DNA of 49,748 nt from Candidatus Methanomethylicia archaeon (GTDB lineage Archaea > Thermoproteota > Methanomethylicia > CALHIW01), in assembly GCA_038845975.1 (NCBI GenBank), contig JAWBQF010000018.1:1-49748 (forward strand), read 5' to 3'. The notes under the pieces are model-generated. The model saw only the letters and a program-made list of their open reading frames with translations, searched no databases and was not told the origin of the DNA. The translations under genes were made by a program, and so were the position numbers. Shown here piece after piece: positions 9,697 to 19,209 of the stretch (position 1 is its first letter; every line of letters starts with the position of its first letter).

Positions 9697-10355
9697 TATC
9701 CACCACCTCCAGCATAAAACTCATAATTCGAAACCTCAAGAATCCAATAAGGAAAATCAGCACGTGAAACATGTCTATCCCAAAACCGCCAATCATACTT
9801 TATCTTATAGGATAAATACATAAAATGAGTTCCATGAATACTTATAGCTGTATTTGTCATTTCATTAAATGCCTGATAATCCCTCGCCTCATTTGGACTA
9901 AGTATTCCCAAGTAAACACTCTAATCATCAGAACCACATCTCCAATCTAAATATTCTGGATGCTTGGAGATCCAGTATTCATATATATTATCTGGATAGC
10001 GTAGGCTAAAATAATCAGTAATATATCCATTTTTATCATTCTTCTCAAAGTATGATTGAAGCCTATATTGAGTAGCTTGGCTTTTAGCATATCCTACTTG
10101 TACCCAATACATAGGGCGATAGCTAAGTATTACTGTTACCCATTGAGCATAAAATTCCCCTTCAGGAACTGATCTATCAATTGTATATATATCTCCCTTA
10201 ACACCATGATGGGGAGGCCATCCCTCACTATTATAGTAGTAATATCCAGCATAGAAATGTTTAGAAGAAGCGGAAAGCACCTGTACACCAGCTAATACTG
10301 AAATACCTAACAATACTTATTATTGTATTGTTAGGTATTTCTTCAATTGTCCCAT
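9696..10355 (-). pseudogene. Secreted beta-rich protein (possibly glutamic-peptidase/neprosin-like fold), disrupted
   Basis: ORFs 9921..10313 and 9696..9911 are in one frame, split by TAG 9921-9923. Upstream in-frame ATG 10355 is cut off by TAA-TAA inside a hairpin loop. TAATG overlap with the next gene. Confidence 0.75.
10300..10341. repeat. Perfect 17-bp inverted repeat with an 8-nt loop
   Basis: GAAATACCTAACAATAC-ttattatt-GTATTGTTAGGTATTTC. Confidence 0.95.
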
Positions 10356-10546
10356 AATTAAGTAATTTTAAACTAGCTTTTATTTTTTGCTAGAAAAATT
10401 CCAATAGGAATCAAATCTATGAATGTTGTGGAGAATCTAATAAGCATTTATAGATAATAACATTGAATGGTTAAACTTAACAAGATACTATAGTATTTGT
10501 CTTATGAATTTAAGCATACTTTATCATCTCTATTTTAAGAATTCGC

Positions 10547-10600
10547 TTAAATGTTGTTAAGGCTTAATAAGGTAACTACCAGTTAACTATGAGTTTTCAG
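10547..10600. repeat. Partial reversed copy of the 85-bp MITE at 2861
   Basis: TTAAATGTTGTTAAGGCTTAATA...TTAACTATGAGTTTTCAG aligns to the reverse complement of ~2869-2926. Confidence 0.6.
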
Positions 10601-10616
10601 AGCTTTAACATTATTT

Positions 10617-10931
10617 TTACTTTGCTCTCCTCTTAAATACTATAGCGAATCCTTTAACACCCTGGAATGATGGTCCTAATAAAAATTTACTTGTTGGAGT
10701 TAATCCAATGTTAGGTATTATAGTGATAACTTCACCGAAGTTTTTCTCTACATAGTCTAATGCATTAATTAAAATATTTAAATCCTTAGTAAAGTCGTTA
10801 ATAGGTAAATAAACAATACCGTAAACTTCACCTAGAACTATAACATTAATTAGCTCATTTATATTTGCAATCTTAATATATCCTCTCTCCATAATGCGTA
10901 AAGCTTCCAGCCCTAATATATAGTTAACCAT
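10617..10931 (-). CDS. Hypothetical protein
   Basis: 104-aa ORF with protein-like composition in an otherwise unoccupied interval; start uncertain. Confidence 0.6.
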   Translation of the reverse strand: MVNYILGLEALRIMERGYIKIANINELINVIVLGEVYGIVYLPINDFTKDLNILINALDYVEKNFGEVITIIPNIGLTPTSKFLLGPSFQGVKGFAIVFKRRAK

Positions 10932-11079
10932 CTTAATTTTAACTCGGCAACTTAGGAAGGAAGCTATAATACGCTACAACCCTATAAATATCTAAACGTA
11001 TCTACTACCTAAATAATAATTAGTGGTTTTCAATTCATAATACTTAAAAGAGTACGTGTTATTATGAGTTAGGTAGTAT

Positions 11080-12030
11080 ATGGTAAAGCTTGGGAAGATA
11101 TATACATTAGTTTTTAAGCCTTTAAAGCCGTATAGCTTTAAGCTTACTGCTTCAGCATACAATTTTAATTGGTGGTTTAACGGTTCATATTTAATTCTTC
11201 CCTTAGGAAGTTCTACTATTAGTATTCTACGTGAACTTAATGGAGAGGTAAAATGTACAGTATATTCTAGCAGCTCGATAAATAGAGGAGTTGTTGAGGA
11301 TTCTATTGCCTTCCATATGGGTTTCTATGAGGATCTAAGTGATTTCTATACTAAAATATGTAGTGATTCTCTTCTAAGAGGGGTTCCCTTAAGGCTTGCT
11401 GGGATGAGGTTAAGGTCAACAGATCCCTTTAACGCTCTTCTAGTAGCTATATGTCAGCAGAATGCAAGTTTTAAGCAGGGATGGAGGATGCTTATGAATA
11501 TTTATGATAAGTATTGTGGAAGAGTATTTGTTAATGGATTGGAGGCTAGAATACTTCCATCCCCATTAGAAATTGTTAATGCTGGAGTTGAAGAACTTAG
11601 AGGTTTAGGAGTTGGATATAGAGCTGAAACCATATTTGAAGCCTCCCGGCTTTTAAGCGAATTAAATCTTGGAGAGCTAAGCATCAATGATTTTGAGGAA
11701 AGACTTCTTAAGATTAAAGGTATTGGGCAGTATACCTCTAGATTAACTCTACTTTTCAGTAGGAGACTCTACACTAAACCACCAATAGATAGATGGGTTT
11801 CAAGAATAGCTTCAGAAACCTATAGGGTTCCAGTAAGTGGTGTTGAGAAATTCTATACTAACTATTTAGGATCATGGGCTGGTTTAGGAATATATTTTCT
11901 AACTATAGTTTTAGATGCAGTACCATTAAGGAAGGCTATTGAGAGAGTTAAAACTGGGAGAATATATCCTGAAATGAAGGGTTTAACTCCGTTAACACTA
12001 TGGATGCTGGGTGGAGGTATTGATACTTGA
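11080..12030 (+). CDS. HhH-GPD DNA glycosylase (AlkA/Ogg1-like)
   Basis: DPFNALLVAICQQN, LGVGYRA, LLKIKGIGQYTS HhH, PIDRWV catalytic Asp. Confidence 0.9.
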   Translation: MVKLGKIYTLVFKPLKPYSFKLTASAYNFNWWFNGSYLILPLGSSTISILRELNGEVKCTVYSSSSINRGVVEDSIAFHMGFYEDLSDFYTKICSDSLLRGVPLRLAGMRLRSTDPFNALLVAICQQNASFKQGWRMLMNIYDKYCGRVFVNGLEARILPSPLEIVNAGVEELRGLGVGYRAETIFEASRLLSELNLGELSINDFEERLLKIKGIGQYTSRLTLLFSRRLYTKPPIDRWVSRIASETYRVPVSGVEKFYTNYLGSWAGLGIYFLTIVLDAVPLRKAIERVKTGRIYPEMKGLTPLTLWMLGGGIDT

Positions 12031-12622
12031 AACGCTTATGAGGATTCTTGAATTGAGAAGTTTAGCTATTATTGATGCTAAGGGATTAACTCAAGAACTA
12101 CTTTACGAGCTTAGAGAAGTTGTAGAAGTTAAGAATGGATTTATTAGAGTAGTTAATCCTATAGGTTTAGCTATGATTACTATTAAGCTTGGAGTAGACG
12201 TAGAGAAAGTATCAAAACTGTTGGATTGGAGGGATTTTGAGAAGCTATGTGTAGAAGCTTTAGAAGCACACAGCTTCAGAGTTAAGGCTCCGTTAAGATT
12301 TAAATATGAGGATAGAAGATACGAGATAGATATAGTTGCATGTAAAGATGAATTAATGCTAGCTATCGACTGTAAACATTGGATGGCTAAAGGACAAAGC
12401 TACATGGTTAAGAATGCTTCCCTTAAGCATCTAGATAAATGCTTAAAGCTGGCAAAAATTCAAAACGTAAAACTTATAGTTCCAATAATAATAACACTAA
12501 GAGAAATAAAGCCTAAATCACCTATAGACAAGGTTTTAATAGTACCTGTATTCAAGCTTAACTCCTTCTTACTAGATCTTGAAGCAAACATGGATAAGCT
12601 TCCATTAATAAATCACCTATAG
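12011..12622 (+). CDS. Restriction-endonuclease-like (Mrr/NERD-type PD-(D/E)XK) protein
   Basis: LDWRDFE, YEIDIVA, AIDCKHW motifs; overlaps the 3' end of the glycosylase gene; start uncertain. Confidence 0.8.
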   Translation: MEVLILETLMRILELRSLAIIDAKGLTQELLYELREVVEVKNGFIRVVNPIGLAMITIKLGVDVEKVSKLLDWRDFEKLCVEALEAHSFRVKAPLRFKYEDRRYEIDIVACKDELMLAIDCKHWMAKGQSYMVKNASLKHLDKCLKLAKIQNVKLIVPIIITLREIKPKSPIDKVLIVPVFKLNSFLLDLEANMDKLPLINHL

Positions 12623-13308
12623 GCTTTAACCATAGCTTCAGCCATATCATTTACTATTTTTCCAGGCTCTTTAGCCTTCATTACTGCTGAAGCTACTAGA
12701 ACACCTGATGTTCCAAGCTTAATAGCTGCTATAACATCTTCAGCTGTAGATATTCCCGCTCCAGTTAGTAAAATTACTTTACTATTAACTTTTCTAATCT
12801 TCTCAATAGTGTTTGTAATGATTTCAGGTTTAGCTTTAGAGACAGCTATACCTGTACCTATTAGTTCAGGCGGTTCTATTGCTAGTATATCTGGGTTTAG
12901 AGTGGAGATAGCCATTGAGGTTTCAGGAGTATCTGCGCATGCTAGGGATGTGAGGTTAAGGGTTTTAGCCTTACTTATTATGAAGTTTACTTCATCTATT
13001 CTAAGTCTCTTTTCACTATGATTCATCAATATTCCTGATGCTCCAGCTTCCTTAACCATTTCGGCAACAACATGCCCAGTCCATGCCCCAGGCTCAACAG
13101 GATCAACATGCTGAGCGAAAACAGGGATCTCAACTTGGGAAGCTATAAATCTTATTTCAGTAAGTGGAGGGATTACAATTATTGTTAAGCCATAATTTCT
13201 AAATGCTTTCTCAGCTAGCTTTGCAATTTGTACTGCCTTAATACCGAATGCATTAACATATGCTTTAAAATTTATTGCTAGTATAGGCTCCTTAATCATA
13301 TATCTCAA
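12613..13308 (-). CDS. tpiA: Triosephosphate isomerase (archaeal type)
   Basis: INFKAY, NHSE, IEPPELIGTG, GAGI, GVLVAS. Confidence 0.97.
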   Translation of the reverse strand: MRYMIKEPILAINFKAYVNAFGIKAVQIAKLAEKAFRNYGLTIIVIPPLTEIRFIASQVEIPVFAQHVDPVEPGAWTGHVVAEMVKEAGASGILMNHSEKRLRIDEVNFIISKAKTLNLTSLACADTPETSMAISTLNPDILAIEPPELIGTGIAVSKAKPEIITNTIEKIRKVNSKVILLTGAGISTAEDVIAAIKLGTSGVLVASAVMKAKEPGKIVNDMAEAMVKAYR

Positions 13309-13334
13309 TAGTTAGCTTACTGAAGCCTTATATG

Positions 13335-14450
13335 TTAGGTAATTTTCTTAAATCTACTCTTTATCTTCTCCATTATTTTAACTATTCCAGTATATTCAAG
13401 CTCTTCAGGTCCTAGAAGGGCTGGAGCTATTTCTCCATGTCTCCTCATGTAGTCAGCTATTTCCATAGCTTTCCTCCTAGCCTCGTTGAATGCTACATCT
13501 TCAAACAGGTCTGCAGGCTCATTACTGTGGAGGCCAATAAGTTCACCATTCCTCAACTGGAAGCCTAAACCTATAACTCTAGGAGGCCCGTCGAAGAATG
13601 TACATTTAGCATCTTTTAGGCTAACAGGCATTAATGGACCGTGATGTGAGCCCCTCATCCATCCAGCTACTAAATGTGGAAATGCAAATGGAGCCAGTAC
13701 TTCCCCTACTGCAGGTAAACCCGCCTGCGCTCTAACCATGAGGACAGGATCATCCTTACCAACATATCTACCAGCTATGAAGCTTAATCTACTAGTACTT
13801 GCAACTGCAGCTATTAATCCATCACTACTCCTAAATACTCTCTCAACAGCGTATCTACCTGGAGTTCCAAGTAAAGCTATAAGCTCATATGTTTCAGCTG
13901 GACACTTCAAATCAATATATTCCCCCTCCTTCATATCTACAACTCTAAAGGTAAATCCTCCACTCATAGCCGGATCTATAACTAAACCTGCTGTAGACAT
14001 TGGATCTGCAAATATCCTGTAGAGAGGTAGATTCCAGGCTCCAGGCTCAGTCTTATCAGCAGCAAATACAAGTAGTGGTTCACTTGGTCTTTCATCAATC
14101 TCCATTTCAGCAACTCCTGGACCCATACCCTTAATGTTTCCTGAGAATGCTTCCTTCAAAAGGTCTTGACCTGCAGCGTAAAGCTTTAATGGTCTAGATA
14201 TTTTCTCAGTAACCTCCTTGAAAACATTCCATGCTAATCCATGGATTTCAGAACTATTCTCTCCTTTACCATGAGTCATTAAAAGCTCTAAATCATCACC
14301 ACAATTAAAAACATAGTAATCAATCAGTATTCCTCTCCTCTTCTCTTCTTCAAGAATTTCTTTAGCAAGATCTAGCTGTTTTGGATGAACTATATGGTGA
14401 CCACATAAGCTACCTACATCAGCCTTTATTAGGGAAACTGTAACTTTCAT
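13335..14450 (-). CDS. fbp: Bifunctional fructose-1,6-bisphosphate aldolase/phosphatase
   Basis: IKADVGS..GH, GDD, YAAGQDLL, ADKTEPGAWN, YVGKDDP, GWMRGSH, LEYT. Confidence 0.97.
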   Translation of the reverse strand: MKVTVSLIKADVGSLCGHHIVHPKQLDLAKEILEEEKRRGILIDYYVFNCGDDLELLMTHGKGENSSEIHGLAWNVFKEVTEKISRPLKLYAAGQDLLKEAFSGNIKGMGPGVAEMEIDERPSEPLLVFAADKTEPGAWNLPLYRIFADPMSTAGLVIDPAMSGGFTFRVVDMKEGEYIDLKCPAETYELIALLGTPGRYAVERVFRSSDGLIAAVASTSRLSFIAGRYVGKDDPVLMVRAQAGLPAVGEVLAPFAFPHLVAGWMRGSHHGPLMPVSLKDAKCTFFDGPPRVIGLGFQLRNGELIGLHSNEPADLFEDVAFNEARRKAMEIADYMRRHGEIAPALLGPEELEYTGIVKIMEKIKSRFKKIT

Positions 14451-14583
14451 AAGAGAAATTATAACTACACTATTTAAGTCTTTCGTAAACCATAATGACT
14501 CAATAAACTTTAGATTATGTAGCTAATAGCTTAAGTTTAAGTGTAGTAATGCTGCTAGTCTATAAGTTTTCCATATTTAATTA

Positions 14584-14631
14584 GGATGTATCAGCTTAAC
14601 ATATTTAGCTTTCTCCTAAGCTACCATGTCC
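14584..14631. repeat. 48-bp micro-MITE-like element (copy 4)
   Basis: GGATGTATCAGCTTA...TAAGCTACCATGTCC; its reverse complement aligns to 4681-4730 through the core CTTAGGAGAAAGCTAAATATGTTAAG. Confidence 0.55.
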
Positions 14632-14686
14632 TTAATGTATTAATTGACAATGTTAATTTCTTAGATATAAATGTTGCTAGCTAAGA

Positions 14687-15886
14687 CTACTTAGTATTGG
14701 GGTCTAGATTCTCCCGTCTTAATAGGGTAAGAATTAAAAGTACGTAAATCATATATATTATGCTCGTTATGAATATTGGTGTATCCAAACTGTAATCCAT
14801 TATTATTCCTCCTAGCTGTGTTGTGAAGGAGTAAGGTAGACTCCATAGTAGAGTAGATATTGATATGATTGTAGCTCTCTCCTCTTTAGAGCATGATCTA
14901 ACAAGTAGGGAGCTCCATAATGGGTTAACCATATTCATAAACGTTGTTCTAGCTATTAGTATTGTGGAGGCTATGATGAAGTTAGAGGTAAACGGTAATA
15001 TAGCTAATAGTATTGCTGCTAAAGCCTGAGGAATAACTATAGCGTACAGCATTCTTAGAAGCTCAACCATTAATGGTGCTATGAGAAAAGATATTGACTG
15101 AATAATACTAGTTATAGCGTTTAAGGTTCCTATTGGGCCGCTTTCAACTTTAAATTTTAAGCTTAAATAATATGATAGTAGAGGTATACTAAACCCTGCT
15201 CCAAGCCCTACTATAACGTTTAAAACTAAGATTTTAAATAGTAGCTTACTGATATGTATTTTAATTAGCTTAGTTCTATATGGCTTGCTTTCAGATACGA
15301 GTAATAATGGAATACACGTTGTTAAACTAATAATGCATGATAGGAAAATAACGATTCTATAAGCTTCTAAATATGTTAATCCCTTACTAGCTAGGATTTC
15401 AGGAATCCACCCCATAAGTCCTCCAATAGCCATACCTATAGATAATAGAAAAGATGCTGAGCTATATGTAACTTCAAGATTATCCCTAGCCTTATCAGCC
15501 AGTAGGGCGCTTAAAGATGGATGAATTAAAGCTGATCCTAACCCGCCGAGAAGCGCTGAAGTAGCCATGAATGGTTTAAGAGTAGATGTAGCAATTAAGA
15601 ATGTAGATAATGTTAAAGGTATAATACTAATAATAGCTATTCTCCTTCTTCCAAATACATCAGCTAAATAGCCTGAAGGTATTATAAGTATTGTGGAAAC
15701 TAAGCCATTAATAAACATAAAAAACCCAACATCCCCTCCACTATATCCTGCTGATTTAAGATATAGTTGAAGAAGACCACCCATATATAGAAGACCATCA
15801 AAAACACCGCTAATAAATGATGTAAGGAGAAGAATTTTAACTTCATAGTTTAAGCTTAAATACTTATTAAGCACTCTATTAAGCAT
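14687..15886 (-). CDS. MFS transporter
   Basis: ~12 hydrophobic segments; motif A GYLADVFGRR. Confidence 0.92.
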   Translation of the reverse strand: MLNRVLNKYLSLNYEVKILLLTSFISGVFDGLLYMGGLLQLYLKSAGYSGGDVGFFMFINGLVSTILIIPSGYLADVFGRRRIAIISIIPLTLSTFLIATSTLKPFMATSALLGGLGSALIHPSLSALLADKARDNLEVTYSSASFLLSIGMAIGGLMGWIPEILASKGLTYLEAYRIVIFLSCIISLTTCIPLLLVSESKPYRTKLIKIHISKLLFKILVLNVIVGLGAGFSIPLLSYYLSLKFKVESGPIGTLNAITSIIQSISFLIAPLMVELLRMLYAIVIPQALAAILLAILPFTSNFIIASTILIARTTFMNMVNPLWSSLLVRSCSKEERATIISISTLLWSLPYSFTTQLGGIIMDYSLDTPIFITSIIYMIYVLLILTLLRRENLDPNTK

Positions 15887-15999
15887 AACGATCTCCTAAG
15901 CCTTTCTATATTTTAGAGATAAATTTAAACCTAATTAATACTAATATTAGAGCAGAGGCTACGTTTAATCATTGAGGACTATATATGCTAGTATTTTAA

Positions 16000-17043
16000 C
16001 TATTGGCTTCTACCCTTCCTAAATAGCTCATCAATAAGGTTAAGAGTACTCCTAATATTCTCCGGTATTTTACCAACAAATATTCTAGTTGTTTTTACTT
16101 CTCCATTTATCCATCCAGTAACTGTATATATAAAGCAGTCAGGATGTATTTCACCTATTTCATCTTGAGATAATAGCGATACTGAGCTTTCTAGAATTTG
16201 CTTAACTTTCATTGGAGTTATGTTAAACCTTACTTTGCTATTAGCTTTATGATCTATAAAGTATATTAATCCATTACTCATAATCATTAACTCAAGATTA
16301 AAGCCAGCTATTCCCCCTTGCTTAAATACGTGTAATACAACTCCTGGAGGCAATATATTGCTTATAGTTTCCCCCTCAATAACGTCAATGTATGGCTTAC
16401 CATCCTTAGAAATCCTTACAAATCCTTTTAGATAGATTAGGGTTTTTATATCTCCTAATCCGTATGGGCTTGGTAGATTTTTAATATTGCTTACAGTATG
16501 GGCATCTATATATATTGCACCAGTAGCATCAGCAATTACAATATCGCTCCTAGTTACGGGGGGACTATAGTTAACCTCTCCTAGAAGATCCCATCCACGA
16601 TAATAGCCTATAAGTACAACTTCCCTATCAACATATTTATACGGGTTTTCTATAATTACCCCTATTAATGTAGTATTAAACCACAATTCATAGTTTATAT
16701 TTAAGTAGGAACGGTTCCTTATAATCATATTTTTAATGTCTTGACTTCTAAATTTGTCTTTAACATATATCTTAAATCCACCGATCTCAGTAGGTATTCT
16801 AGTAGTGTTAGCTACATATTTATCAATATAGATTGCTACCCCCTTAATGTAGTTGTTTTCATCTCTCTCAATACCGGCTCCTAGAACACCATCAATACTT
16901 AGTAAATACTTTTCATTTTCTAATAGAGTTTCAATAATTCTAGTATCTAATGGTTTCCCAAATTGAAATATGTAAATAAAGTATCCAAATCCCATAATGA
17001 ATAACAGTATTAGAGCCGCTATGAATATTTTAATATTCATCAA
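16000..17043 (-). CDS. Hypothetical N-terminally membrane-anchored multidomain protein (central OB-fold-like region)
   Basis: 347 aa; N-terminal TM helix; IIENPYKYVDREVVLIG...IADATGAIYI resembles an OB fold. Confidence 0.7.
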   Translation of the reverse strand: MMNIKIFIAALILLFIMGFGYFIYIFQFGKPLDTRIIETLLENEKYLLSIDGVLGAGIERDENNYIKGVAIYIDKYVANTTRIPTEIGGFKIYVKDKFRSQDIKNMIIRNRSYLNINYELWFNTTLIGVIIENPYKYVDREVVLIGYYRGWDLLGEVNYSPPVTRSDIVIADATGAIYIDAHTVSNIKNLPSPYGLGDIKTLIYLKGFVRISKDGKPYIDVIEGETISNILPPGVVLHVFKQGGIAGFNLELMIMSNGLIYFIDHKANSKVRFNITPMKVKQILESSVSLLSQDEIGEIHPDCFIYTVTGWINGEVKTTRIFVGKIPENIRSTLNLIDELFRKGRSQ

Positions 17044-17275
17044 GAATCATTATTTAAAGGGTATATATTTCTATCGTACTAATAGTACGTATTACTAGTA
17101 CGTGAAGCATTACGCTTTTAAAATGATAGTTTACCTATAAATATAGCTATATAAACTATTAATTTAAGATGCTTACTGTATCTTGAATCATCGACTACGC
17201 ATACTTCCATATTTAAAGCTTACAAAGCCTACTATAACCTAGTAAGAATTATAAATCTTAATACTTACTCAAACT

Positions 17276-18370
17276 ATGGAGTATACTGTAAAATGTAGTA
17301 GATGTGGTAGAGAGCGTAGAGATTATAGAGAGTGGAGATGTGAGTGTAATGCACCGTTTAATGTTGTTTTAGAGGGGGATTTCTACATAGAAGGAATAGA
17401 TAATAAAAATTATACTGTTTGGCGTTATAGAAGGTTTTACCCGTATATTAAGGAAAATTCCATAATAAGTCTTGGAGAGGGATTTACACCTCTTGTAAGG
17501 GTTGAAAATAATCTTTGGTTTAAACTTGATTTCTTAATGCCTACAGGCTCATATAAGGATAGGGGATCATCAATATTAGTATCCGGATTACTTTCCGACT
17601 TTAAAGAGGTTAGAGGTGTTTCAGAAGATTCTTCCGGAAACGCTGGAGCTTCAATTGCAGCATACTGCGCTAAAGCAGGTTTAAAAGCAAAAATATTTGT
17701 TCCAGAAAAAGCATCTGGACCTAAGCTTCTCCAAATAGGAAAATACGGTGCAGAAGTCTACATTGTTAAGGGTAAAAGAGAGAATGTTTCTATTGCTGCT
17801 CAAAACGTTAAAGATGGATTCATATATGTTGGCCATATATGGCATCCATACTTTAAAGATGGTGTTAGAACCTTAGCATATGAGGTGGCTGAGCAGATGG
17901 AGTGGAGGATGTTTGATAAAATTTTCCTACCAGTTTCAGCTGGTACTCTACTACTTGGCCTAATAAATGGATTTATTCATCTACTTAACTCCGGAGTAAT
18001 TAATACCATTCCAAAAATTATAGCATGCCAGACAAGTCAAGTATCCCCACTCTACCACAAAATTAAAGGTATAAAATATACTCCACCGGAAAGAATACTT
18101 TCTGTTGCGGACGCCTTAGTTTCCACGAATCCACCATTACTTGAGGAAATGTTTGTTAAAATAAAGGAAATCGATGGAGATGCCGTAATAGTAGATGAAG
18201 ATGAAATTATTCATGCACATAATGTTCTTGCTAAAAGGGGTTTCTATGTTGAGCCGAGCTCAGCTGTAGCTTACGCTGCATATCTTAAATATTTAAAAGA
18301 AAAAGAGCTAAGTAAAACTGAGAAGACCCTAATTATATTAACTGGTTCAGGCTTTAAAAGCACTTTTTAA
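17276..18370 (+). CDS. thrC: Threonine synthase-like PLP enzyme
   Basis: N-terminal CxxC Zn-ribbon, SLGEGFTPL, PTGSYKDRG, SSGNAGAS, EPSSA, LTGSG. Confidence 0.85.
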   Translation: MEYTVKCSRCGRERRDYREWRCECNAPFNVVLEGDFYIEGIDNKNYTVWRYRRFYPYIKENSIISLGEGFTPLVRVENNLWFKLDFLMPTGSYKDRGSSILVSGLLSDFKEVRGVSEDSSGNAGASIAAYCAKAGLKAKIFVPEKASGPKLLQIGKYGAEVYIVKGKRENVSIAAQNVKDGFIYVGHIWHPYFKDGVRTLAYEVAEQMEWRMFDKIFLPVSAGTLLLGLINGFIHLLNSGVINTIPKIIACQTSQVSPLYHKIKGIKYTPPERILSVADALVSTNPPLLEEMFVKIKEIDGDAVIVDEDEIIHAHNVLAKRGFYVEPSSAVAYAAYLKYLKEKELSKTEKTLIILTGSGFKSTF

Positions 18371-18494
18371 AGCTCTATATCTCGTAAATCCAAGCCATCA
18401 GCTAAACGTGTTTTCACATCTAAGTTTACAGAATAGACTTTACAGTTCAATATTTACTTCGTTTCACTTATAATATTACAAATTAAAATACCTA

Positions 18495-18755
18495 TCATTC
18501 ATATATTGTAGTTATGAATGGAGGTATTCTAGCTTTTCTTAAGATGTCTAAGAAGTCTTCAAGCTCCATTCTAGCTATGTGTTGAGCTAGTCTTAGATCC
18601 CCCATTTCTATAAATAGAATAACTGCCTCCCTAATACGTATAGGTAGACTGTTTATATAGCTCCAGTCAGCTTCCCTCCTCCTAATATCCCTCTCAATGA
18701 TTCTCTCCTTATCCTCTAGGAATCTTCGGAAATCTATGGCCTGTTTCCCTCTCAT
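18495..18755 (-). CDS. UPF0175-like antitoxin paralog (downstream copy; start uncertain)
   Basis: Shares ERDIRRREADWSYINSLP with 19206..19427; HTH-like GDLRLAQHIARMELEDFLDILRKARIP. Confidence 0.7.
   Translation of the reverse strand: MRGKQAIDFRRFLEDKERIIERDIRRREADWSYINSLPIRIREAVILFIEMGDLRLAQHIARMELEDFLDILRKARIPPFITTIYE
18643..18697. repeat. 55-bp perfect direct repeat, copy A
   Basis: Identical to 19360-19414. Confidence 0.95.
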
Positions 18756-19209
18756 AGATTTTCACCTCATCCTCAAAATTATTTATAAGTCCACGCTTAT
18801 AAGCTTCTCTAAGAAGCTCAAAGCTCCTCCATACTCTTATAGAGCTGAATTCAGAATATAGTCTTACAAGGTTTAATACCCCATTATTCTCTGTTAGTAC
18901 AATCGTGTTTTCACGTATTCCTATAGCGAAGGCATAGGCTTCAGGAGGATCTAAGACACGTATTCTAGGATCTCCTACACTTAAATCTATTATTCTTCTA
19001 ACTATAGGTTCAAGCTCGCTTTTAAATGGGTAAAAGACTAGAAATCCTTTTGATAGTAGTGAGGAAACATAGGCAAGGCTTTCATCACTTTTAATCTCTC
19101 TTAGAACATCATCAACAATAAAGCAGTAATCAAAAATCTTCTCTAAAACTCCCCTCTTGCTATATCGACACCAGTCTATTAGGAAGCAAGTATCTATAGA
19201 GGAAATCAT
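18709..19209 (-). CDS. PIN-domain (VapC-like) ribonuclease
   Basis: IDTCFLID, VLREI, LDPPEAYAFAIG, VLTEN; ATGA overlap with the upstream antitoxin-like gene. Confidence 0.85.
   Translation of the reverse strand: MISSIDTCFLIDWCRYSKRGVLEKIFDYCFIVDDVLREIKSDESLAYVSSLLSKGFLVFYPFKSELEPIVRRIIDLSVGDPRIRVLDPPEAYAFAIGIRENTIVLTENNGVLNLVRLYSEFSSIRVWRSFELLREAYKRGLINNFEDEVKIYERETGHRFPKIPRG

Noticed and set aside
9310-9923. TAG recoding (pyrrolysine or readthrough), suggested by in-frame TAGs in two adjacent genes
   Set aside because: TAG is the normal terminal stop of many conserved genes here (ino1, NTPase, E1 beta, RidA, CBS). No pyl genes are visible, and both genes carry additional lesions. Simple nonsense mutations such as TGG-to-TAG explain it.
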